A stretch of DNA of 64,000 nt from a virus, in IMG/VR virus record IMGVR_UViG_3300020171_000004, positions 1,810-65,809 of that record; one strand, written 5' to 3'. The notes under the pieces are model-generated. The model made no database searches. It was not told the DNA's origin and was given only the letters and a program-made list of their open reading frames with translations. Positions 17,004 to 24,354 of this stretch are shown here, in pieces. The number at the start of each line of letters is the position of its first letter. Position 1 is the first letter of the stretch. Both the position numbers and the translations under genes were made by a program.

Positions 17004-18518
17004 TTAATAACCTGTAACATAACTAGTTTCTGATTCATTATAGATTTCTGACTCTTCCCAAGCTTCAAATTCCCAATAAGGTTTAGCAATAGCTCGCTGA
17101 AGTCCAGACATAACAAAGTAACGCATGCAATCCATTAAGTGATCACGATCTTTGACAATCTGACCATTCTCATCTCGGCGATAGATACGAAACTCAGAAA
17201 GTAAATTAACTAATGTCCCAAATATCTTGAGCTTTCCAGTAGCAAGCATTTGCCAAGTTTTATAAAGCCCAGACTCAATTGACTTATTTGCATTAGTTAT
17301 ATCAAGACCAAGTGTCATGTAAATTTCAAAGAGTTGCTTACCATCTTCCTGCGAACGCCCATGAGCTGCAGAATCTATGACTCCTGGAATCCAAAAGCCT
17401 CGAGCCTTGATTCCTTCAGCATGAATTACAGGTTCTGCCATGCCTTGATAGTATTCCGAGAACAAGAATGTTATACCACTTGTAGGATCAGTTGCGCCCC
17501 AAAGGCAGGCAGTTTTTTTCCAACCAACATCAAGAGCATAAGCTTTCTTCCAATGATCAGGAATAGGGAAATCATTTACTACAATATTGCTCTCTAGGAT
17601 TGGATAAATTGCACCAGAGCCAAGCTGTGGAACTCCTTTAGATCTTGCTTCACGTTGGTGCGGCGGCAGAGCAGCAAAGAGTTTATCCTTTTGTTCTTTG
17701 GTAAGATGTGGAGCATCATCCCAAGTAGCTTGAATCAAGAACCTTGAACCTTCTTGATGTTCTTCGATTTTGCCTTCAGGCATGAACTGTAGGACTGTTT
17801 CAGTAAGTCCTGCAAGTGGCGTAAAGGTTAGCATGATCAAACCATTGGTCGTCATGGTTCGAGTCAAGCATTCAGTATATATATCTAATGGACATTCCTC
17901 GTCTAACCAAATTAGATCTTGTTCTGTTCCTTCGAATGACTTTCTACCTTCAGCATATGATTTGATCTTGATACGTGAAATTCCACCTGAGATATGCTGA
18001 ACAAGGATTGTGTCTATTGCATTCGGAACACCACCAGCACGAGGTGTTGTCTTAAGAATGTACTTTTCTGGGATCAGACCTGTTCCGTGTTCCTCTGGTG
18101 TGCCGACTAGTTTGAACTGAACAATATCACGGGCTGTTGTGCTGGTTGTTCCGCAAGCCCATACAGTTACAGGCTGAGTAAAACGATGACCAGGCCACCA
18201 ATCAGAATATCGCCCAGTTGCATGAAGAGTTGTTTCATACGCGCCAATTCCCTCGCTCTTACCTATACGATTTGCCGCCATGATGCATCGCTCTGGAAAT
18301 TTGCTACCAGCAGCAAAGAATTCCATATGCTTTGGATAGTTATGGCGGCTAAGAAGTCCAGTTTCTGGATAATACTGAATGATGCGATTTTGTTTTATTC
18401 TGGCTGACTTTTCTTTTAATAGTTTAAGATATTGTTCCTTCTGATCTCTATTCAACGTAGAGATGTCTGCTAAGATCTGATCAGTTGATGGAATAATATT
18501 TTGGCTAAGTTCTTGCAT
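17004..18518 (-). CDS. terL: terminase large subunit
   Basis: Walker A AANRIGKSEG and Walker B LIWLDEE. Nuclease-half acidic motifs YALDVGW, VIDSAA and DHLMDCMRY. Confidence 0.9.
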   Translation of the reverse strand: MQELSQNIIPSTDQILADISTLNRDQKEQYLKLLKEKSARIKQNRIIQYYPETGLLSRHNYPKHMEFFAAGSKFPERCIMAANRIGKSEGIGAYETTLHATGRYSDWWPGHRFTQPVTVWACGTTSTTARDIVQFKLVGTPEEHGTGLIPEKYILKTTPRAGGVPNAIDTILVQHISGGISRIKIKSYAEGRKSFEGTEQDLIWLDEECPLDIYTECLTRTMTTNGLIMLTFTPLAGLTETVLQFMPEGKIEEHQEGSRFLIQATWDDAPHLTKEQKDKLFAALPPHQREARSKGVPQLGSGAIYPILESNIVVNDFPIPDHWKKAYALDVGWKKTACLWGATDPTSGITFLFSEYYQGMAEPVIHAEGIKARGFWIPGVIDSAAHGRSQEDGKQLFEIYMTLGLDITNANKSIESGLYKTWQMLATGKLKIFGTLVNLLSEFRIYRRDENGQIVKDRDHLMDCMRYFVMSGLQRAIAKPYWEFEAWEESEIYNESETSYVTGY

Positions 18519-19228
18519 TAGTTTCGAAATAAACTAGCTGGCAGCTTAGATAACAAAGAAATGGATTCTTCCGACGTTGATACAGGAGAATTTGGAAGAT
18601 TCATATGACAGTCAAGCGATTCATCTTGGTGATTATCTTTAAAGAAATTAACAAGTTGATCGGAAGAATCCATATCTTCAGCATCTAAATATTCAAGGTC
18701 TTGTTCAGTTTCAATGGTTAATTCTGGCTGTTCATCGGTGAACACATCAAACTCAGTAGCGGATGTTTTTGGTAAAGGATCTGCAAGTTGATTTGGATCT
18801 TGTTTGTAGGTCTTTGCAATTGACTGTTGCATTGCATTGATTTCAGCGTCGATTTCTTGATCTGTCTTAGTCTGCATTGTCATGTCAACATGCAATCTGT
18901 CTGGTGCTTTGTAACCTGTTCGATCAAGGACATCTTTTGCCGCAGTGAGCTGAACTGAGTGAGGTGCTTTCTCGGCAGGATTCATGATGCGCTCAAGAAC
19001 ACTCAGGGCAGAAGTATTCATACTCACGAGTTTTTTACGAACATCAAGTGTTGATTCTTGAGCTTTATCTTGCAGGCCTTCAAGGTAGGCTTGGCCAAGA
19101 GGAGACCTGATGATCTGGCTAACCGTACAATCTGACATTTCCATGCGCTCAGCTATGTCTTTATTCTTATAACCTGAAAAGGCCATTTGAATTATTGTTC
19201 GATGTTGAGTGCGCAGTTCTTTCAGCAT
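18518..19228 (-). CDS. terS: terminase small subunit candidate with an N-terminal HTH
   Basis: The HTH FSGYKNKDIAERMEMSDCTVSQIIRSP resembles sigma-70 region 4 or LuxR-type folds. It lies immediately upstream of terL and shares one nucleotide with its start (18518). Confidence 0.65.
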   Translation of the reverse strand: MLKELRTQHRTIIQMAFSGYKNKDIAERMEMSDCTVSQIIRSPLGQAYLEGLQDKAQESTLDVRKKLVSMNTSALSVLERIMNPAEKAPHSVQLTAAKDVLDRTGYKAPDRLHVDMTMQTKTDQEIDAEINAMQQSIAKTYKQDPNQLADPLPKTSATEFDVFTDEQPELTIETEQDLEYLDAEDMDSSDQLVNFFKDNHQDESLDCHMNLPNSPVSTSEESISLLSKLPASLFRN

Positions 19229-19243
19229 TTGATTTGTTCTCAG

Positions 19244-19441
19244 TTACTTAACAGTTGAATTAGTTAATTTAGCTAACTCTATTTCTGCTTGTTGATATAT
19301 ATTCAATACTTCAATCATTTGATGAATACAAAAATGTTTACCTTCAGGTGTTCTTAATTGCTTAATCTCAATTGAAAGTTGTTCCATTGCTCTTTGTCGC
19401 TCTTCTGCGTTTTCATATTGTTTCAAAAATGATAATGGCAT
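19244..19441 (-). CDS. first gene of the late operon, 65 aa
   Basis: ATG at 19441 with AGGAG upstream. Function unknown. Confidence 0.6.
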   Translation of the reverse strand: MPLSFLKQYENAEERQRAMEQLSIEIKQLRTPEGKHFCIHQMIEVLNIYQQAEIELAKLTNSTVK

Positions 19442-19451
19442 GACATTTAAT

Positions 19452-19507
19452 CTCCTGGATTATTTGTTAGTTCCTGGAATATAAAACTGTGTATGTCCGT
19501 CCAGGAG
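19452..19507 (-). promoter_or_regulatory. 5-prime leader able to sequester the late-operon SD
   Basis: The minus-strand RNA carries CUCCUGGA (from 19507-19500), UUCCAGGAA (19479-19471), and UCCAGGAG (19459-19452), which is the SD of the ATG at 19441. The first element can pair with either of the other two. Confidence 0.4.
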
Positions 19508-19991
19508 TCGGTAAAGATAGCGAGTCACCACACACAATAAACAAATTAGCATTTATATTAGAAGCGTAACCTTTTTAACGTAGGATTGCAAGCAAATAGT
19601 GAATGGTGACAAAGTTTCGCAAATGACACATTTTGCCGTCATTGTTGCAGATCGCTGGATTATTTTTCGAAGGCTGACTGGTGATTCGCCTTAGCGAAGT
19701 TTCTTGATTGTTTGATCACTTTAGCGAGTTTGGTGCAAAGTTCCCTAATGACGACATTTCTTAGAGTCTGCCCTCCACAACTCATAGGTGAAAGGCATTA
19801 TCCGTCATATGGGATCGAGGCATCGGGTCTGTGGCAGTTAGGCACACAAGAAAATTGTTCCCGTTCTTGCAGTTATTTCAAGAATCAATATTAAATAATA
19901 ATTACTCATAACAGAGAAACATTCCCAAACATAATCAACTCGAATAGATAGTGAAGCATTTATTGAACGTTAAACTATTTCAAAATAAAAC

Positions 19992-20020
19992 TTGACAATG
20001 GTATTAATGTGGAATAGATT
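19992..20020 (+). promoter_or_regulatory. sigma70-type early promoter P1
   Basis: TTGACA (19992-19997), a 17-nt spacer, then TAGATT (20015-20020). An A-rich AAAATAAAAC tract lies upstream. Confidence 0.6.
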
Positions 20021-20075
20021 AACAGTATCAGGAACGGAATAGTTTTAACATTTTTAAACTATCTCAAAATAAAAC

Positions 20076-20104
20076 TTGACAACCATAAAACTTGTGAGTA
20101 TATT
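20076..20104 (+). promoter_or_regulatory. sigma70-type early promoter P2
   Basis: TTGACA (20076-20081), a 17-nt spacer, then TATATT (20099-20104). It has the same upstream AAAATAAAAC tract as P1. Confidence 0.7.
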
Positions 20105-20176
20105 AAAGTTATCAACAATGAAATAGTTATACAGATAACAAACCTTGAATGGTTGCAACTGTAAACAAATTAATTG

Positions 20177-20205
20177 TTGACAAGAACGAAACAGTTTTAT
20201 ATAGT
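20177..20205 (+). promoter_or_regulatory. sigma70-type early promoter P3
   Basis: TTGACA (20177-20182), a 17-nt spacer, then TATAGT (20200-20205). Confidence 0.7.
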
Positions 20206-20251
20206 AGAAATTAAGAGAACTTAAAGTACAACCTTAACCTTGGAGAATATT

Positions 20252-20362
20252 ATGAACTCTTACATTTTAGAATCTTTTGAAAATTACAGAATACAAGAAA
20301 GTTACTTCATTTCAAAAAGGCTCTTTCAGTTTATTACAAAAGAAATTTTACGGAGGAACTAA
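20252..20362 (+). CDS. 36-aa early peptide (below the track cutoff)
   Basis: GGAG lies 7 nt upstream of ATG 20252. It reads MNSYILESFENYRIQESYFISKRLFQFITKEILRRN, and its TAA abuts the next ATG. Confidence 0.4.
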   Translation: MNSYILESFENYRIQESYFISKRLFQFITKEILRRN

Positions 20363-20575
20363 ATGAAAAACATAACAATATGCTTAAAACCTGAAACGAT
20401 AAAACAATTTAAGGAACTGGCAACCTTGAAAGGATATTCAATTTCTGGCTGGATAAATGCAAAGATGGAAGAAGAAATTACCAAAACGAAAACTGTAGAG
20501 GAACAAAAACTTTTTGCACTTCTATGCAAACTAACCAAAGAAGAACTAAATAAATTGTATGAATTATATTTATAA
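20363..20575 (+). CDS. ribbon-helix-helix (CopG/Arc-like) DNA-binding protein
   Basis: NITICLKPETIKQFKELATLKGYSISGWINAKMEEEI fits a beta-strand, helix, G.S.S, helix pattern. It is the first sizeable early gene after P1-P3. Confidence 0.6.
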   Translation: MKNITICLKPETIKQFKELATLKGYSISGWINAKMEEEITKTKTVEEQKLFALLCKLTKEELNKLYELYL

Positions 20576-20580
20576 AAAAC

Positions 20581-20609
20581 TTGACAAGTAATGAGATAAT
20601 TAGTAAGAT
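20581..20609 (+). promoter_or_regulatory. sigma70-type early promoter P4
   Basis: TTGACA (20581-20586), a 17-nt spacer, then TAAGAT (20604-20609). Confidence 0.65.
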
Positions 20610-20611
20610 TT

Positions 20612-20634
20612 AAACTATCAGGGAAAGAATAGTT
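20612..20634 (+). promoter_or_regulatory. inverted-repeat operator candidate just downstream of P4
   Basis: AAACTAT (20612-20618), 9 nt, then AATAGTT (20628-20634). The same half-sites flank P1 (19972-19978 and 20038-20045) and P2 (20056-20062 and 20122-20128). Confidence 0.4.
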
Positions 20635-20684
20635 CTTAGCCTTGAAAATGTGGAATAATCCACAAAACCAAAAGAGGTGACATC

Positions 20685-21164
20685 ATGGCAGAATCAATCT
20701 ACACTCAGCTTGAGAATCAAACTGTTTTAACTCCAGTGGATGGCAAGGACTTTCGTCATCCTTTACCAGCTGGCCTGTTCCCAACTGACAAGCAATTCGA
20801 ATCAGAAACAGACTTGATTGCATGGGCTGAAGAGAATGATTACACTTATCCACTCATTCAGAAAGGACTCCAGAAAGCAATCATCGAAGTGCGAGCGGCC
20901 TTTAAATCATGCCCGAAAGATAAGGTCTGGTCTGAAGATCTGGGTCTGAAAAATATCGATGATATGGTATGGAAAATTGTTGACCGACCAAACACAGGGG
21001 GAACCAAGTCACTTGATGCAGCCAGATTTAATGACTGCATGAAGATGATTTCAAACCTGACCATGAATGGCATGGATAGTGCCACAATCCGCACAATGGT
21101 TACTCCTATCTATGGCGAAGAGGTAGTTGATACCATCTTTACTGAATTGGAAGCCTTGGCATAA
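20685..21164 (+). CDS. early acidic protein, 159 aa, function unknown
   Basis: GAGGTG SD. It is the first gene after P4 and is GC-richer than its neighbours. Confidence 0.75.
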   Translation: MAESIYTQLENQTVLTPVDGKDFRHPLPAGLFPTDKQFESETDLIAWAEENDYTYPLIQKGLQKAIIEVRAAFKSCPKDKVWSEDLGLKNIDDMVWKIVDRPNTGGTKSLDAARFNDCMKMISNLTMNGMDSATIRTMVTPIYGEEVVDTIFTELEALA

Positions 21165-21206
21165 CTTGAAACTTACCGCACATGCGGTATCACTTGGTGA
21201 TTAACT

Positions 21207-21326
21207 ATGAGCTATTCAAAACGATTCCTTGCTTTCTTCAATCGCAAAAGCCCTATATATTTTCCAGACTGGTTAGTTGACGCATGGTATAAACAGTTTC
21301 AAGAGATGAAAATATCTTTTGAATAA
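21207..21326 (+). CDS. 39-aa early peptide candidate
   Basis: GGTGA lies upstream of ATG 21207. It reads MSYSKRFLAFFNRKSPIYFPDWLVDAWYKQFQEMKISFE and is followed by a terminator. Confidence 0.35.
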   Translation: MSYSKRFLAFFNRKSPIYFPDWLVDAWYKQFQEMKISFE

Positions 21327-21339
21327 ACTAACTTGCCTG

Positions 21340-21378
21340 AGCCGGATATGATCCTTTGTGATTATATTCGGCTTTTGT
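21340..21378 (+). terminator. rho-independent terminator ending the first early transcription unit
   Basis: Stem AGCCGGATAT (21340-21349) / ATATTCGGCT (21364-21373) with one G-U pair, followed by TTTTGT. Confidence 0.6.
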
Positions 21379-21439
21379 CATTGGTAATGGTGAAAAACTT
21401 GCTTGAGTGATTAGCAAGGCTGTTCATTGGTGAACAGAT

Positions 21440-22030
21440 GGAAGGAAAATGTGTCCGAATGTGATTTATTTGTGGCTGAATTGTGGCTGAATGTGGTCAA
21501 ACGTACACAAAAGAAGTGTGTACAAACGTACCCAAACGGCCACAAAACAACCTGTACACGGTGACAAAACACACATGACCACAAAAAGAAATTGTAATGA
21601 TTTCAACATGTTAGCTTTATGTGGTGATAATTGTGTGTGAAATGTGGGCAACCGTACACCACCCTCCCGTCTCTAAGAGATTAGTTGGTAGTAGGAATTA
21701 TTATTAAATTTTTTTTTTTAAAGCCTCCTAAAGACTCCATATCCTTAAGGGAGGGTGGTGTACACATGACCACAAAACGCACACACCGACCAAACATTCC
21801 CCGTAATATCAACCACTTAGCAAAACAAACCGTAACCAAAAACAGGCACACTTAGCAACAAACCGCACCAAAACAGGCACAAACCGCACCAACAACACAT
21901 ACAAGACAGCTACAACCGGACACAACCGGACACAAAAAACAGTGGACAAACGGCCACAACCGTGTTAAATTGTCACCATACCGCACCACTGAGCAAAACG
22001 CTCACCAAATCAACAAACCTCAAAAGGAGA
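21440..22030. repeat. coding-free repeat-dense island (iteron-like direct repeats, a 15-bp perfect inverted repeat, an A+C-skewed tract)
   Basis: See the findings for coordinates of five repeat families. The only ORFs here are a 61-aa antisense ORF and an upstream extension lacking an ATG. Confidence 0.7.
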
Positions 22031-22036
22031 ATCACC

Positions 22037-22624
22037 ATGTCAAGCCATCACATGTCCTTTCGCTTAAACCATTACCAACTAGCTAAAGCATTAAGAATTC
22101 TGGTAACTCTTGAACCTAATCAACCAATATCATCCCTCAGCCAAGCAGCAAAGATAATCATCATTGACTGGATTTCAAAACATTCCATCAATTCATCCTT
22201 GGAAACATCACAAGCAGACATTGAAGCCATCAAGTTAATAGCCTCACTACCATCTAATCAAATCGACCCATATAATACCATACAAAATGCCTTCGCACAA
22301 GCACAATCAAACTATCGGCAACCATCACAACTAAAAGTACAGACACAGAAACCAGACTGGCAAATACAGCGAGACCTTGAAGATGAAAGAATCTTCCAAG
22401 AGATGAAGCAGGAATCATTAGAAAAAGCCAAACAAGCAGAGCAAGAAAAACTCACGCAACAAAACAAAGATATAGCCGAACAAATCAAGCTAGCGTCTCA
22501 AGCATTAAATCGAACAAAACCAAAGCCCTCAGAATTTCATGATCCCAACATTACCGAATCATCTATTTCAACCGTAACTGATTTCAGCCCGCCACCTGAA
22601 TGGAAAGATCAGCAAGATAAATAA
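22037..22624 (+). CDS. RHH-like N-terminal domain protein with a Gln/Glu-rich coiled-coil tail
   Basis: I place the start at ATG 22037 (AAGGAG 7 nt upstream). MSFRLNHYQLAKALRIL ... SLSQAAKIIIIDWI is paralogous to 25487 and 26235. Confidence 0.7.
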   Translation: MSSHHMSFRLNHYQLAKALRILVTLEPNQPISSLSQAAKIIIIDWISKHSINSSLETSQADIEAIKLIASLPSNQIDPYNTIQNAFAQAQSNYRQPSQLKVQTQKPDWQIQRDLEDERIFQEMKQESLEKAKQAEQEKLTQQNKDIAEQIKLASQALNRTKPKPSEFHDPNITESSISTVTDFSPPPEWKDQQDK

Positions 22625-22936
22625 GAATAGGCAAACCAACGAAAAGAGCGTACCGGAACGGCCAGGACGTGCCATAAAAAGGCCAAAACCGACCCGCCAC
22701 GCTCTTTTCACGCTTTTCCGGTGTATTCATACCATCCACCACAAACGGCCCGTCACGGTCAACCTAGCGACAAAATAAAAGCCACCTTTCAGCACCAAAA
22801 AGACCATATTTTTTCCTTGCATTCCCTTTGTTTTCGTGTTACGGTTCTGCATAGTCCTTTTTTACACGGCCACCACAAAAACGCCCCTATATATAAAGGG
22901 CAAACCAAAACAACCAACTAATCAAAGGAACCAATC

Positions 22937-23134
22937 ATGACCAAACAAGAACTTCAAAAACGCAAACGCCAGACATCAGTAGCCAAAGACTATCAAGAAT
23001 TTTCTCACCGCCTTAAAATGAGTGGCTGGAATCAACCTTCAGCAGACTGGAAACTACGCCTTGAAGCCCTCGTTCAGTTCCATCCATCCCATTCAACCAG
23101 ACAAATACTCAATCGAGCAAAGTTAGCATCATAA
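22937..23134 (+). CDS. hypothetical early protein, 65 aa, basic
   Basis: AAGGA SD. Co-oriented ORF. Confidence 0.6.
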   Translation: MTKQELQKRKRQTSVAKDYQEFSHRLKMSGWNQPSADWKLRLEALVQFHPSHSTRQILNRAKLAS

Positions 23135-23148
23135 CCAAGGAGCTAAGC

Positions 23149-23352
23149 ATGAATAGAGAAACTCATATTTGTTATATCAATACTCATACAAATGAATATG
23201 TTAGTATGAAAGTTAGTTCATTATATGCAGATAGAATGATTAAAGATCTTGAAGATCAGGGGAGTCTAGTTTCAATGTTCTCTGATAGATACTGGCAAGG
23301 AGATAAATGGACTGAAGGTTATCTCAGAAAGCAGTTAAAAGAGTCATCATAG
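23149..23352 (+). CDS. hypothetical early protein, 67 aa
   Basis: AAGGAG SD. Confidence 0.65.
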   Translation: MNRETHICYINTHTNEYVSMKVSSLYADRMIKDLEDQGSLVSMFSDRYWQGDKWTEGYLRKQLKESS

Positions 23353-23360
23353 AGTAGATT

Positions 23361-23567
23361 ATGAAAGCAAAACTGCAATCATTCAAATTCAAAGTCACTT
23401 TCACTAACCATGACCCAATGGCAACATGCAGGTGCTCAGTGAATCAAACTGAAATCTTCACTATCAAAGACTACTACGAATCACTTGCCCGAAATAAATT
23501 ATATTTCAAACTTTTCAACCAATTAAAACTCGAAGATATCACCTTCAAAATTGAACCTATCAACTAA
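23361..23567 (+). CDS. hypothetical early protein, 68 aa
   Basis: Tightly packed, co-oriented ORF. Confidence 0.6.
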   Translation: MKAKLQSFKFKVTFTNHDPMATCRCSVNQTEIFTIKDYYESLARNKLYFKLFNQLKLEDITFKIEPIN

Positions 23568-23579
23568 GGACTTCTAATC

Positions 23580-23813
23580 ATGCCAGACTGCAAATTTTGT
23601 TTTCAACCAACTAACTATACTTACCGAGATTCACGAATCAGCAACCATGACATGAATCTAGTCAATTATTGCAGCACTTGCAGTGCTAATCGTGATTACT
23701 TGTCAATCAGTTCAATATTCGGCCCAAAGCTAACTCCTATCATCGAAACAACTATCAAGCCAATCGAACCAGCACATGACCAATATCTCAACAGACCAAG
23801 GAATGATCGATGA
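23580..23813 (+). CDS. small Cys-pair (zinc-binding) early protein
   Basis: Cys pairs CKFC and CSTC. AAGGA SD. Confidence 0.6.
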   Translation: MPDCKFCFQPTNYTYRDSRISNHDMNLVNYCSTCSANRDYLSISSIFGPKLTPIIETTIKPIEPAHDQYLNRPRNDR

Positions 23814-23911
23814 AAAAGCAGACTATCAAGCATCTTTATTCTGGCTTCGTCATATTCATCATCATCCCAGTGCTCTTCATACTTGCTGGCATAATCGAGC
23901 AAATACCATGA
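23810..23911 (+). CDS. 33-aa single-TM peptide (below the track cutoff)
   Basis: Reads MKKQTIKHLYSGFVIFIIIPVLFILAGIIEQIP, with ATGA overlaps at both ends. Confidence 0.45.
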   Translation: MKKQTIKHLYSGFVIFIIIPVLFILAGIIEQIP

Positions 23912-23994
23912 ACAAACTCGTCATTTTAGGCTTATATCTTTGGGCTTGTATCATCATACTGTCTGGAATCATCTTTTCATCAATCAACTTCTAA
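23908..23994 (+). CDS. 28-aa single-TM peptide
   Basis: Reads MNKLVILGLYLWACIIILSGIIFSSINF, from the internal Met of track ORF 23776..23994, with an ATGA overlap with the preceding peptide. Confidence 0.4.
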   Translation: MNKLVILGLYLWACIIILSGIIFSSINF

Positions 23995-24014
23995 CCTTAA
24001 ATAAAGGAATAAAA

Positions 24015-24335
24015 ATGAACACTAAAACAATTGGAACAAAAGTAAAAGTTCTTGATGGAAGTTATGCTGTCAGAGTAGATCAATATGAAGAACATTCTCA
24101 TATTGGTCTATGTAAAGATATTTTTGAAATAATTCAATTAAAAAATGATTATTTAAAAACAAAAAGCTTTGGTACAACTGTTCATGATATAATTATTCAA
24201 AATACTGTAAATAAGCAGATTTATTTACATACTTCATCATTAGTAATACCAATAAAGGTAAAACAAATCAGTAGAAAAGAAGCAAAAGAAATGCTAAGAG
24301 AAAATTATCAACAAGAATTTGAAATCATTGATTAA
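24015..24335 (+). CDS. hypothetical early protein, 106 aa
   Basis: I place the start at MNTKTIGTKV (AAAGGA upstream). Confidence 0.65.
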   Translation: MNTKTIGTKVKVLDGSYAVRVDQYEEHSHIGLCKDIFEIIQLKNDYLKTKSFGTTVHDIIIQNTVNKQIYLHTSSLVIPIKVKQISRKEAKEMLRENYQQEFEIID

Positions 24336-24354
24336 TAAAGGGGCAAAAAATCAA

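Noticed and set aside
19712-19894. A 60-aa plus-strand ORF in the divergent intergenic region.
   Set aside because: It has no ribosome-binding site, lies upstream of all four early promoters, and is barely above the length cutoff.
21466-21651. A 61-aa minus-strand ORF inside the repeat island.
   Set aside because: There is no SD, it runs opposite to the surrounding transcription, and its sequence is simply the translation of GT/CA-rich repeats. I prefer a non-coding interpretation.
21824-21931. A CRISPR-like or mini-array interpretation of the tandem repeats.
   Set aside because: The units are only 10-27 nt long and directly abutting or irregularly spaced. They have no unique spacers of regular length, and there are no cas genes in the window.
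23696-23902. A 68-aa minus-strand ORF in the early region.
   Set aside because: It runs opposite to a uniformly plus-strand block. The same interval is better explained by two ATGA-coupled plus-strand membrane peptides.
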